This document shows positions 51,601 through 64,000 of a stretch of 64,000 nt of DNA, piece by piece. The position numbers and the translations under genes were made by a program. The number at the start of each line of letters is the position of its first letter. Position 1 is the stretch's first letter. The stretch lies in the NCBI GenBank assembly GCA_013239625.1, contig MU054220.1, positions 1,231,509-1,295,508 on the forward strand. The letters run 5' to 3'. A model generated the notes under the pieces. It searched no databases and was not told the DNA's origin. It worked only from the letters and a program-made list of their open reading frames with translations. Source of the DNA: Lama guanicoe. Lineage: Eukaryota.

Positions 51601-54116
51601 ATGTTCCAACACACAAATACTAAATGCCTCTGAAAGAATTACTACCGCGAAAATAAACTGGGAACACAGAACACTGAAGGTGTCTTAAATACAATATACT
51701 CCAGACGTACAAAGGGAAGGGGTCAATTAAAAATGCAAGGAAAAAATTTTGGATGCTTTCAGCTACACTGGCTTCTTTTTTATCTCACATACATAGCATT
51801 TTTTAAAATAAAAACTTCAACCATCACCCAGAAAAAAGGAGAAGAGAGAAACTGAACTCGAAAGTGAAAAGATGTTAAACATCCTTTTTTTTTTTTTAAT
51901 TTGAAAGGAAAAGCTGATCAAGTGAATTGGGAAGGGGTCCTTTCACTTTGAGACCAGAAGTCTTAAATCTGTAAATTTTTTAGGTTACAGTGAACTCATT
52001 CATATTTAAGAAAAGCACCAGTGAATATGACCCATGAGCAGCAAAGAAGTGACTTGACAGCAGCAACAAGAATTTGCGTAAACACTGTGCTCAGCCCTTT
52101 ATGTTCTCTCCCCATTTCACAGGTGAGAAAGCTGAGGTCAGTGGATCCTGAGAAAAACATCAAGCAGTGGGGCAATGGGCGGGAGGTCAGATTGCCCTGG
52201 AGCAGCTGCTAAAGGTCACCATCGTAGAAGCAGCATTTCCAGAGATGCCAGGAGGTGATCTGATCTCATGTGGGATGCTCACGAAGAAACACACTCAGGA
52301 AGGAATGGCTGGGGCAGGAATGCACGAGGCACAAGGAGAATGGTTCAGAGGGCAGGGGACCCTTAACCAGGAGAAGAAAACACCAACGGGAATGAGAAAA
52401 ATGTATGCAGGTTCCCTGTGTGTGGCTTCAGGGGAACCAAACAGAACTAGGGGGCAAAAAGTGCAGGCAAGGAGGCTACCCCATTGCAAGAATGTAATTT
52501 TTTTCTTTTCTTTCTTTCTTTTTTTCTTTCTTTTTTTTTTTTTTTGAGTTATATTACAGGTTTATCAAAGTCAAGGATTCATACCACTCACGTTTTCAAA
52601 AAATATTTCCCCCAGCACAATGTCAGTTCTGGCAACTTGATGGAGAGCAAGCAACTTTGGTTTGTTTGTTTGACTCTTTTAAGTGTTTTGTACAAAAAAT
52701 GTATTTTTTTTCCTGTATTTTTAAAACACAGGGTGTAGGGGAAGGATGCAAACAAATAACAAAAAAAGATGCTTTTATAACATGATGTCCCTGTTTAGAA
52801 AAGAAAAAAAAAATCACTCAATAGTATTTAAAAGTCCAAAGATGAAATAATTTCATTTTCTTCTCTGATGGCTAAAAAAGGCCTCTGCCTATTGATTCCA
52901 TCCTCCTGTGCCCAGGGGAGCCATGTTACCCCTCAGCAGCCCAGGTTCACAATTACAGAAAGATCAGGTCAGGTTTCTGGGCACACGGCCTTAACAGAAA
53001 TGTGGAACCACATTAACCACGGAACAGTGTCTACAGGCAAATGCACCACTGAAATTACTCGTTTAAGTACCGCCCCCATCATTTTTGCCATGGTCACAAA
53101 CCACCCACATTTTTATCTGTTTAATTTTTTTTTCTTTAAACTGATCTACAGATTTTTTATGGAAATAAATTTAGCTTCACTCCATGCAATAGTATTCGAG
53201 AAAGCATGAGTTTCATTGTTCTCTGGGTTCTTTCTTAATACATATTAAAAAATAGATGGCTATTAAAATAAATACTCAATCTGTGCAGCACCTAAAATCA
53301 TCTCACATACCAGTAGTTGAAGGACCACCACATATCAAAAGAAGTCAAGCAAAACAGAAGATCACTGGCTTCTGAATTAGATAACTTTAGGTTTAAAACT
53401 CCTGATTGTCTCCGTATTTCCTCACCTGCGTGTGGGTATGACATGCTATCTCCATTACGGTGGTTGCTGGCATTGTTGAAAAAATACACCCAGTATGAAG
53501 CACAGTGCCAAGGGCACAGCAGTCTGATACTCCTCACCACTTCTACTGGTATTTCCCACCGTGTTTTGCAGAAGAGCTCCACGGAGCTCTAGTCATGGTG
53601 TGCTGGCCTATTGTATCTGTGCAGAACCCTGGAGACGGTTCCCTGCCCTGGAAGGAGCTGAACTAGATGGTCTCTCACCCTTTTCTTTCATGTGTCTGCA
53701 GTTCCAGGGAACCAATTACTATGCAAGCCCGGGAAAACCAAGGCCCTCTTCCTCTCAGAAACCAGGAAACAAGATACCTGCATGGCAGTCAGGACAGTCA
53801 CGTGACCTTCAGGGCAGCCGTCACGTAACACCCAACCATCCAAGTTCCCTCTGCAGTTGAAAATGTCAGTCACTTTCGACTGAAAATTATAAAAATTGTC
53901 TGCTACTCTGAACAATCACAATGGACGATATTCGCTGTTATCGCCAGGATATAAACACCAAAGTATACATTAAGAAATGTTCCACAGAGGATAATACATA
54001 GAACAAAAACTCTTAAGCAATGACATATTCATATTTAAAAGCAGATCACCAACGGCAGCAAAAACAAAAGCCCATGATGATGTCCCATCATTTAAGAATT
54101 TTACTTGGGTGAATTA

Positions 54117-54331
54117 TAAACAGCAAGGTCCTACTATACAACACAGGGAACTATATTCAATATCTTGTAATAACCTATAATGAAAAAGAACATATATATA
54201 TATATATCTCTCTCTCTATATATATATATAGAGAGAGAGAGAGAGATATCACTCAATGACTATGCTGTACTCCAGAAACTAACACAACATTGTAAATCAA
54301 CTATGCTTCAATAAAAATATAAATAAATAAA
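54117..54331 (+). mobile_element. L1 3'UTR fragment with 23-bp TSD
   Basis: taaacagcaaggtcctactatacaacacagggaactatattcaatatcttg...cttcaataaaaa. TSD aagaattttacttgggtgaatta (54094-54116) / aagaatattacttggatgaatta (54332-54354). Confidence 0.85.
54192..54246. repeat. Compound (TA)n(TC)n(TA)n(GA)n microsatellite
   Basis: Read directly. Confidence 0.95.
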
Positions 54332-55504
54332 AAGAATATTACTTGGATGAATTAAACTACATCTGCTGAAAAGGAGGGGAGAATTGAAAGAAAAATAATT
54401 CAAATGGCACCAGCTATTCCATCAACACTCTGTTGGGAGACCCAAATCTGCTGTTGGGGAATCCTCAGTGAGTCCCAGGTCCCACGGGCTATTCCCTCAC
54501 CATCCATGTAATGATCTAACACTTAAGGATACAGATTTTCCACTCCACATAGACCCTAAATATGGGTTTTATCTGATGCTCAAGCACAGATGGCACCTTT
54601 ATCAACCACGGAGGAATAACTAGCTAAGGGAGGCTTACTAAGAGACGGCCTATGTTCCTCAGTGCAGTACATACACACCGCTCTGGGCACTGTATTTTGG
54701 GATGGCTCAAGGAATGGTTTCCATTCCTGATTTTAACTAAACATCATCTCTGCCACGGCACTGACTTACAATCAAGAACCCGTGCTCCAACTGGGATGCG
54801 ATTCCACTCGGCATCACTAATGATGATCTGAGAAGTACTGTACGGGCAACTCGCATTGTCCCACCATCAGCAGGCAATGTGCGAGTCCATATAGACAAAT
54901 CAACCGTCGCCTACTTTTTAATCACAACCATTTAGAATTATTCTTAGCTTGTGTCATCTCCTTTGCACCCACTATAGGAACTTCAAGACTGGATTCAAGG
55001 ATCACTTCCTCTCCAAAGCTGTCCTGGAATTCCCCGTGGGGCAGATTTGGAATATAAGAATTAAAGAAGAGGAGCAGCTACCAGGACATGCCAGGCGGTG
55101 TGCAAAGGCAGCGTCCATGCCTTTTCTCGTTTCATCTTTGCGGGGGGCCTCTGAGGGGAGAACTTTCATAGTCTTGGTTTCACATATGAGCAAAGTGAGG
55201 ACTAGGGAGGAATGGACCCAGCCGCTGGGTAAGGGGAGCAGCAGGACCAGCCTCAGTGCCGGGCTCCCCGGACTCCCCCCACCCCACCCTCACCCCGATC
55301 ACACGGTTCTCAAGGTCACTAAAGTGCCAGCTCCCTGCTGCCAAGTCCGCGTCATTTCACCTACCTATTCCCATCAACCTGAACACTTCTTGACTTGTAT
55401 TCAGTGATGAATGAATGTTTAACTCAGTGTTCTCACTGCCTAGAGCAGGCCAATAATCAATCAATTGAGCCATTGCTCCCATGTCTCTCACAACTGTGCG
55501 AGAG

Positions 55505-55617
55505 TAAAGAAAGGAATATGAAAACGAACATGTGTATGTATATGCATGACTGGGACGTTATGCTGACACCAGAAATTGACACATTGTAACTGACTATACA
55601 TCAATTTAAAAAAAAAA
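55505..55617 (+). mobile_element. Short L1 3' terminal fragment
   Basis: catgactgggacgttatgctgacaccagaaattgacacattgtaactgactatacatcaat plus A-tail, nearly the same as 11062-11122. Confidence 0.8.
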
Positions 55618-56861
55618 GGAAGGAAGGAAGGAAAAAGAAACGAGGAAGTCTATACAGACCAAAGGGTCTTCTCTTCTCAAACTGAGCACACTGGGTTTGG
55701 TAACGTCACACCCTGGTCATCACTACATCTCCTAAGGATGCCCAGCCATCCTACCAGCAGCCTGGACCTACCGTGCTGGATGTTTCCCAGGCTGGTGGAG
55801 GTATGGCCCTTCTACACTCTCAACAGACACCAACCACCTCAGGGTCCCAGGGGCTGCAGAGGTGTCAGTGCACCCGCTTCTCCTCCTCCCTGGTTTCCTC
55901 CACCTCCACCCTGGAGCTGCTCCGTAAGCTTCTCCTCTCCCTTCTCACATCCTGCTTGCCTGCTGTGGGGTAGGGAGCCAGAAGAACTACACTGACTCGA
56001 CCGGTCTTTCAAACCTGAATCAAATACTCCACTCTGAGAAAAACATGAATGCCTATTTTCACTGCTGTTCAAATTTCTTCTTCCTGTGGCTGGCCTCTTG
56101 GTGCAGAGCTGTGGTTTGGATAATGTGCTGTTGCCTGACCAGTCAACTCCAGAAAAGGAGAGAGGCTTCCTAGGATCAGGTTCCCTTTCCTTTCAAGTTT
56201 CCAGATGAATTCACGGCCAGAGGGCCTGTCCCTGCCGTCTGACAGTCTGACACACGTTCCTTCCCGGACAATAGGATGTGAAGAGTGAAAGTAAACCCTA
56301 TATGTGTGTCCTACAGGGGGGCCTCCCAGCAGGGGTTTTCTAAGCCCGAGTCTTGCATTGAGGAAGTCCTCTGCACCATTGGCAAAGGCACTGCTTTCCT
56401 TTCCTTCCCCCCATTGTTTGTAGAATGGTATCTCCTCCAGGCTGGCAAGGATGCTTCCAGGGTTCCAGGCCAGAGGCTCTGTAATTGCCCTGGGCGGGGG
56501 TTGGTTTTATCACAGGAAAGGACTCTCCTGGACTCCTCTGCAGGAGGCCTCCTAATCCTTTCTCTCTGGAAGAGAGGAAGAAGGGAGAGGGAAAGAACAG
56601 AATCACGCTACTTCCTTATTTTCTATATCCCCACCGCAGGTTTCAGATTTTCTAAACCGAAACTGTAGATTTGCATTTTTCTGTCTTTGCCTGAAGCCTA
56701 TTCCCTTTTTAATTGTGATCCTGGAAGGTGCCCACAACTATGTCAAACACCATCTGTCAACAATACAAGCCAGAGGATTAGCATAAAACCAGCCCCTGAC
56801 CAGCGCCCCCAGAGGCAGGTTACAAGGGAGAGGGGCTCAGGGTTCTGGTCGAGGCATCTTC

Positions 56862-57031
56862 TTTTTCTGGTCATTGTTGGTTTACAATGTTGTGTTAGTT
56901 TCAGGTGCACAGCGAAGTGATTCAATTATACATATGCATATATATTCTTTTTCAGATTCTTTTCCATGCTGGTTATTACAAAGCATTGAATATAGTTCCC
57001 TGTGCTCTACAGTAGGTCCTTGCTGTTTATC
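56862..57031 (-). mobile_element. L1 3'UTR fragment
   Basis: tttacaatgttgtgttagtttcaggtg...ttgaatatagttccctgtgctctacagtaggtccttgctgtttatc. Confidence 0.8.
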
Positions 57032-57394
57032 TGGAGTCTAGACTTCCTGGGCATTGCCGTGTGCCCTGGAGTAGACTGAGCCCCAGAGCTGGCATCCCAC
57101 CACCTGCAGGGCGCTGGTGGGAGCCCATTAGTGTATTATACATGTTATGATACTTACTGTATAAAATACATAAGGACACCAAATGGATAGTCTGTAAGGA
57201 CATCCCCTGTTAGCAGTCTGGTCTCTCCCAAGAGCACTGAGAGTGGGTTAGTGGGGGGAGGGAAGTTCTCATTATCTGCTTTTATGCATCATGTAAGTTT
57301 TTCCTGCAGTGCTACTTTTGAATCTTTTAAGAAAAGGTGTTTTTTGAGAAATTAGAATGATAAGTCCAAATCCTGCTGGCTACTACAAAGGCCA

Positions 57395-57610
57395 GTGTGG
57401 TGCAGGGGTTAAACACCAGGATTCTGGAGCTCACCTGCCTGAGTTCAAATCCCAGCTCTCTATTTGGAGAGTCTCCTCTAACCTCTCTCTGGCTTAGTTC
57501 TCCCCGCTGTACAACAGGGCTGCTGGCAGCGCAGTGGGCGGCGTGAGGATGAGTTAGCAGGTACAAAGTCCTCAGATCAGAGCCAGGCACTGTGGCAGTG
57601 TCTGCCATTC
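57395..57610 (+). mobile_element. MIR
   Basis: gtggtgcaggggttaaacacc...ctgcctgagttcaaatcccagctct...aacctctctctggcttagttctccccgctgta...gtgaggatgagttag. Confidence 0.7.
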
Positions 57611-59982
57611 TTACTGTTTATACTTGAGATAAGGCATGAAGGTGCTTTGTAATCTGCAGCATGCTACACACTACAAACAGAGCACGGCACACAGAGAGAC
57701 ACTGACTTTACAAAGTTTAGAATTGAACAGAGGACACTCAATTTACAAACAGGAAAAAGAAAAAGACTTGCAAATGTTTCCAGAACTTATACATGCAAAT
57801 CTGGGTATTGGGGAAAAGCTGACGGGCACCACAGGCAGAAAGAATGATGACAAGAAGAGTGTAGAACAGGGCAAGGGGTCCTGGGAGGGACACCTCCTCC
57901 CAGGAGGGACAGAGGTTGAGGGGGCCTGGAAGACTGGGCAGGGCTAAGCGCCCCCCAGGGCTGGGAAGAACCCTTCCCCTGGCTCCTCTTTTAGACTGGC
58001 TGACCAGTGGGGTTGATTCTCCTCCACCCGTTGCTTATTAGGAAAACATTCTGAGGATTCTGGAGTAGCAGGAAGGGCTTGGGCAGCCTCGCCTGACCTG
58101 GCAATGCCCGGGGAGCGGACCCTGCAGCCCCAACTGCCACTGGGCTTTTGCCCAGGCTCCGCCCTGCCACTTGGCCCCCACGGCACCTGCCCCCGCAAAG
58201 TGCCAGCACTTCCCACTTTCTGAACTGAGCCCTGAAGGGACGAGAACTCCAGTTCCCCAGGGGAGGGGCTGTGATGGCACCAGGGCTCCGGAGACTTCAC
58301 CACCTCCCCCCAAAAACTTAACACATGAAGGAGAGAGAGAACTCCCTTGACTGGCAGTCCTTAAAAACAAAACGGGGGTGGAGGGGTAGGCAGAAGGGCC
58401 CAGGTACTTTGAAAGACCCTGTCCCCAGGATCAGCGAAGAAGAGAAGAAACACAAGCTGGAGCAGCACCTAGAAGGCTTTGGAAAATGGTTTTTAAGTCA
58501 CCTCTGAAACTGAAAGTGAACCCCAGGCACCCACTTCAGAGCCGCCCTTTCAAGGAGCAGAAAATCAACTCTAAGGCAGCAAGAAAAAAAAAAAGTAACT
58601 AAGAATCAAAACTAAAGCCAAACATGATCCCTCTTAAAAAAAAAACATACATAAGCTGAGAATTTTCTACAACAAATGTCAGATCTTAGCTTGGGAGAAA
58701 AACAGAAGCCTTTGGGTAAAATAAACAGAAGGGGGAATGCGTTCCCTTTGCATAAACCAAGGGGAACCTCCTTCCTGCAGATCAAGTTCTGACCTTCATG
58801 TGAACTCGAAATAACTAGCTCATGATTTCGCAAAGCGAGAGGAATGGCAGGCATTTTGAATGATGCTAAAAAATCTTAGTTCTTCTCTGGCTTTTTGTTA
58901 GGCAGCCAAGTGTATCAGTCAGAGCAAAAGTAGCTAAAAAATGTGTACTTCCCTCTGTCGGGAAAGACTGGCCAGGCAATCACAGAAAGCCACCCTCTGG
59001 CAGCCTGTCCACGACGCTGGCCTCTATGTGAAAACTGAATCTTCAATGAGAACTGAGCAAAGAGGGCCCATTCCTCTCATTACTCATTCAGCAAGTATGT
59101 ATTGAGCACCTATACTGTCAGCCAGTTGCTATTCTGGAGCAATGGACAAAATAGACAAAAACCTCCCTCCTTGGGGGGCTAACTTCTCCAAAGGTGGATT
59201 TTTAAATAAAGAAATCCGTTCTCTACTTCTCACAACAGAAATGACACCTAAGACATTTCCCCAAGCCCTCATTCCTGCCCGTACACCCACTCGTACCTGG
59301 CTCCTGTTTCTGCACAGCTAGTAAGCAGCCAGGAGTTCATGCCCACCTGCTGCCCCTGCATCCATCCACATGTGGGCACTGACAAGCTGCCCAGGAACAC
59401 ATCTCAGCCCAGGCTGCTAAGGGGTAGCTTTACCTGGGGATGTGCCGGTTGGCAAAGCTGGCAAGGAGGAGATGAAATGGGAAAATATACGAGAAAGAGC
59501 TTCAGAAACAGAGCTGTCCAAGAGCCAAGTGGTCTTACTGTTCAGTACTTAGCCCTTTTCCTCAGTGCTGCTCCGGCACCTTGACCATCCCTCACAGGCT
59601 ATTTCTGTCTCCCTGTCGCTGAGCTTCGTACAGATGCTCAAGGCTCTGTCCTGCTTGTGTTCTTCAGGGCAGGATTTGCACCACGTACGAGGCAACAGAT
59701 CGGAGAGGGGCAGACGTGAGCTCTGGTGCCAGGGTCCCAGCTCTACCACCTACTCCTTCTGAGGCCCTGGCGGGGGGCGTCCATTATCTTTCCTCAGCCT
59801 CAGCTTCCTCATCTCTCTGGTGGAGATTACATTACGTATCCTAAACCAGTTAATAAAAGGGGCTCAGAAAGTGCTTGACACACAGACTCACTGCCTTAGA
59901 ATTTACTGTTAGTAGCAGCAGTAGCATCACTACCACACCTCCGAGCACAGCATCCAGACTCCAGTCAGAAGGGCACCGCGGC

Positions 59983-60097
59983 GGGGCGGGTATAGCTCAG
60001 TGGTAGAGCGCATGCTTAGCATGCACAGGGTCCTGGGTTCAAACCCCCAGTACCTCCATTTAAATTAAAAAAATTAGTAAATAAACCTAATCACCTC
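59983..60097 (+). mobile_element. tRNA-Ala-derived SINE (3' tail truncated)
   Basis: ggggcgggtatagctcagtggtagagcgcatgcttagcatgcacagggtcctgggttcaaacccccagtacctcca...aaacctaatcacctc. Confidence 0.88.
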
Positions 60098-63019
60098 ATT
60101 CAGGGCTCTCCCAGGAGCCCAACCCAGTGACCCAACACACAGCCGTTTCCCAGGACGTGGCCCCCGACACACGAGCGAGACTGGGAAAAGCAACTTCTAC
60201 CAGGTAGGAAATGGGATGACTGGGAATTGGGTAGGAGTCCACCAGCGCCCACCACGAGGGCGGAGCCAGGACGGACCCCAGGCGGCCCGCGGCCCGCAGC
60301 CCACGCCCCACGGAGGAGGGCTCCCGGGCGAGTCTGAGCAGCGAGCAGCCTCTTGCCTCTGAGGCTCCCGGAGCAGCCACTCGTCACGGGGAACTCAGAA
60401 GCTCCTTGGCCACACGTTGTTCTGGAAGTGGGGGTGAGGAGGCAGGGCTGGGAGAAACCTTCCTGCCTGCTAAGGGGCTGGAGGGGTCCCAGCTGCTCAA
60501 GGAACTCAGAACCCAGTGAGTCTCCACAGTAGCAGTTTTCCTAACAAATTTGTTGAGGCGGTGGTTCTAATAAAAACATTCAAAAGCTTAAGAGCTTCTT
60601 CCAGACCGACTAAAATTAACAGGAGCTCCTAAAACAATCTGGCACTACCTCCCTGGCTTCCGACTTCTTCAGTCCTCCTTTCCAAGGCTGTGGGTGGGGA
60701 AAGCCAATATTTGTTCTCGGAACATACTGGTTTATTTTGTTGTTTGTGTGGCAACATGAGTTTGGATCCTTTCAAAAAAAAAATTGCTTCTCTAAGTTAT
60801 GAAAAAGCAGCTTACAGGAGCTCGGCCTTTGTTTACAGCGTGCCATACACACTTTCATGGAAAAGAGAGTTCCATGAAGCCTGCTTCCTGGTTATAAACA
60901 GGGCTTCTCAAACATGTTTTTCAAAAGATAAAGTTGCAATCAAATGTCGTTTTGTTACTCCATCTCTTGAATTCTCAGCAACTCTAGGGCCTGGTCATTT
61001 TTAACTCTTCTCATAGCAAAAATCTACTTCCTAGACCTTGAGAGACAAAATAGACATATCTCTCCTTTTGAAAGCCTGATGTATTACAGTTAATTCAAAA
61101 AGCAAGCTACTGGGGGGTGGGGGTGGGAGATTATTCCACTTACCCAGGTCGTCCTCACTGTACAAAACATCCCTTCCCCAGACAAGGCTTCCCAGAACCG
61201 CTTGACCACAGAGCACCCCATTAACCACGGGCAAAGCTCCTCTACAGCCTCCATCAAAACTGGGCTGGATGGTTCTTGCTGTGACTCAGGTTTGTGTCTG
61301 TGGGCACGGGAGGGGCCATGGCTAAGAGCACAGACTCGTGGGGCTGGCGCCAGATGTGTCACCTGGGGTCAGTTACTTATCCTTTTCCTGTCTCAGTTTC
61401 CTCACCTGTAAAACGGAGGTTACAACAGTAGCTGCCTTGTTGAGTGGCGGCGAAGGAGCACGGAAGAGCATCCAATCACGGAGCCCCTCAATGGAGGAGG
61501 GGATGGGGGGCAGTGTGTGCCCCCTCTGGCTCTATCCCCAAGCACACGTGGCACCATCTCCAGCATCTGTTACAGGGTCACATTCTGGCCCGACTTTGTC
61601 CCAGGCACTGCGCGGGAGGCTAGAGGTGCATCCCACAAGATCACAGATCAGATCCTCCTGGAGACTAAATTCTGATTCTGAGAGGGCGCCACAGGCTACT
61701 GGAGGTGGTATGTGCGATGGATCAAACGCAGAGCAGGGCAAGGGGAGGTCAGGGGTCCTGGGGGAGCTGCTGTGAATGGTGCTGTCGAAACAGGCCTCTC
61801 TGGAAGCTGCAGGACGCGGGTGAACCCTGGGAATACTTGGGGAGAGGCAGTTCTGAGCAGAAAGAGCCACCAGTACGAAGCCCTGGGGTAGGCGTGAGGG
61901 CCGCTATGCAGAGGGGTGGAGGGAGAACAGGGGAAGGGCCAGGGAGCTGGGACGGGACAGCGGTCAGGAGCACAGCCCCTTCCTCTGGGTCAAACAGGGA
62001 ATCCCTGCAGGTTCGGAGCAGAGGAAGGTCACGATCCAACTTCCATTTTTTAAAGGGATCCTTTTGGCTGCCTCACTGACAATAGACTGAAAAGAGACAA
62101 AGGTCGAAGTGGGGAGACCAGTGGGGGGGCCCCGTGGTAACCCGGTGAGGGACAGTGGGGTCTGGGATTCTGGATCTGCCTTGAGGGTCAGGGGACAGAC
62201 GCAGGGTGTGAGGGAGTGGAGCCAAGGACGACTCCAAGGCTTGGGGTGCGAACTGCGCTGGGGAAAGTGAGCAGAACCAGGAACACGTGTGGGTTTGGGC
62301 TACTGGGCTTTCTGTGGAGGGAGAAGGGAAACACTCCTCTAAATAGTCAGGGTGCAATTATTCCCTACTTCGGGGCACCAAAAGAGTCTCCTTCAAAACT
62401 CCTGGCTTCCACCTGCCTCTCCCCCGAGGTCTCCGGAGTCCAGAGGTGATTTATCTCGCCCAGGTGGTCCGCTCCTCCACCCGGGAGCAGCCGCTCCACC
62501 CATGAGGAGGCCTGTGGGTGCTCAAGGCTGCCCATGACTGGGTGGGCACACTGGTCTAATACCAGGTTCCTATCAGGAAGCTCACGCTGCCCACACCAAA
62601 GCCACATCCTCCAACCAAGCCGTTATCAGAAGAAAGGTGATATTTTGATTTTTACTTTTTTCACTCTCAGCCTCTCTCTTAAGTGGTTCAGAGATCTGAA
62701 AAACAAATATGCTGCATAAACCCAAAAAATAAGACGTCGGGGCATTTAAAACAACAACTAACTTTGTCCCGAGTTTTGCAGCTCATTGGAACCTCATAAT
62801 GACCCCCTCCCCTCGTCAGTTAACAAGCAAATGATTCCTCTGCCCCTTTTATTAATTAAACACTCACCATCAGCACCAGGCTAAGCCATGAAGGGTGGGG
62901 GAGGCGAGGGAGGTCTGAATCAGGCATATCTTCTTATAGGTGAGAAGGCTACTCCGAGCGGTAAGTACTTTGCAAAAGGCCACACCATCAGATGACAAAG
63001 AGGCCGGCCGCCAAGGTCT

Positions 63020-63235
63020 TTCAGTGGTTAAGTCTGTGCTCTTTTCATATTTATGAGCTGGGTGACTTTGGGCAAGTTACTTAACCTCTCTATGCCTGAG
63101 TTTTATCATCTATAAAACAGAGATGATGACAACACCTGCCTCATTGGGTTATTGTGAGGATTAAATGAGTTAATTGATGCAAAATACTTGGAAGAATAAC
63201 TGACACACAGCAAGCGCTCAGTAACTGCCATCATC
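63020..63235 (+). mobile_element. MIR
   Basis: Well-preserved core gctgggtgactttgggcaagttacttaacctctctatgcctgagttttatcatctataaaa...gttattgtgaggattaaatgagttaat. Confidence 0.85.
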
Positions 63236-63237
63236 AC

Positions 63238-63279
<42 letters not shown>
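63238..63279 (+). repeat. (ATT)n microsatellite, about 14 units
   Basis: Read directly. It explains the poly-Ile ORF 63106..63318. Confidence 0.95.
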
Positions 63280-63299
63280 CCTACCAAGCTGCCCAATAA

Positions 63300-63480
63300 T
63301 TAGGATAATAACTATCATTACTAAATACTCTGTGCCAAGAATTGTACACTAAGTGCTTTACATGCAGTAACTCACTGAAACCTTACAACAATCTCTGAGT
63401 TTTGCCCCATTTATACACTCAAGAAACTAAAATTCAGAGAGCTCACATAACCACTAAGGGTCAAAGTTGAACTCAGGTCT
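63300..63480 (-). mobile_element. MIR (opposite orientation to the adjacent MIR)
   Basis: tgtgccaag...ctaagtgctttacatgc...ccttacaacaatct...ccccatttatac...gaaactaaaattcagagag. Confidence 0.65.
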
Positions 63481-64000
63481 TAACAAGTTAGGTACCAGAA
63501 ACATATTTGCTGCATAAAATAAAAAGCAACAAGTGTGCTTCTAACTTCTATACAAATGTTTAAAATACATGCAGAATCAAGGGCGCCTCCCTCATACACA
63601 AAGCTCCTTGGGAGAAGCCTTAGCTCCAAAGTACAAAAGGAAAAATGGTCCACAATTCTTGTTAACTTCATCCACAGTGTGATACTAATCACCCCAGACC
63701 ACATCCTAGATCCACTGCAACCTAAAAACCCACTTCCTCCCCAGAACACATCCCAGGGAGCAAAAGTCAACATCCAGCCCCAGCTTCTCCGAGAACACCT
63801 TGTATATTGACCTATGCATGCCAGCAAATAACTGAGCTGGAACAACATTCTCCCAACGCCTGGAAAGGGATCAGAGTGACTTGGCTTGAAATGCATCGCG
63901 TCTTCGATGCTGCTTGTAATTCCCAGCACCAGGCAAGCCGAGCCAAGCAAGCTAGCAGCGTCCTGCTGGATCCTGAGATCGGCATCAGAGACCAAGACAA

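Larger units (their letters stand above)
19178..64000 (-). other. PTPRJ: PTPRJ intron 1 (3' portion; exon 1 lies beyond the window end)
   Basis: No MKPAAR/poly-Leu signal-peptide exon or full CpG island was seen. The region is repeat-rich and non-coding, consistent with the very long first intron known for mammalian PTPRJ. Confidence 0.8.

Noticed and set aside
54815..54840. Box C/D snoRNA motif (atgatga...ctga)
   Set aside because: The two boxes are directly adjacent, with no guide region or terminal stem.
63106..63318. Poly-Ile membrane-like ORF
   Set aside because: It is the translation of (ATT)n plus MIR sequence.
63020..63480. Inverted MIR pair as an RNA hairpin or miRNA precursor
   Set aside because: The two MIRs look too diverged for a long stable duplex, and such pairs are common.
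19178..64000. Numerous 60-170 aa ORFs as nested genes or a processed pseudogene
   Set aside because: I recognised no domains or consistent exon structure, and many overlap repeats. A translated search would be needed to exclude a decayed retrocopy fully.

Overview
This is mammalian genomic DNA, very probably from a camelid, judged by nine copies of a tRNA-Ala(AGC)-derived SINE of the vic-1 type. The window holds part of PTPRJ (CD148/DEP-1, a receptor tyrosine phosphatase) on the minus strand. Eight coding exons (numbered 2-9 by analogy to human) lie between 384 and 19177. All have AG/GT boundaries and splice in frame, encoding the end of the signal peptide, a Ser/Thr-rich N-terminal segment and the distal fibronectin type III (FN3) repeats. 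Positions 19178-64000 are the 3' part of the very large first intron, filled with L1, MIR/L2, MaLR LTR and hAT (Charlie/MER58) remnants. Exon 1 and the transmembrane and phosphatase exons are outside the window. I found no convincing new multi-gene system. The best observations are: (i) an eroded, shortened first FN3 repeat with divergence falling toward the membrane; (ii) an N-terminal Cys cluster that in-frame tandem splice donors could switch; (iii) inverted SINEs bracketing exon 3; (iv) a young SINE split by about 420 bp of older foreign genomic DNA; (v) several L1 3'-end oddities. Comparisons with human and mouse PTPRJ and all repeat family names come from memory, not from a search.
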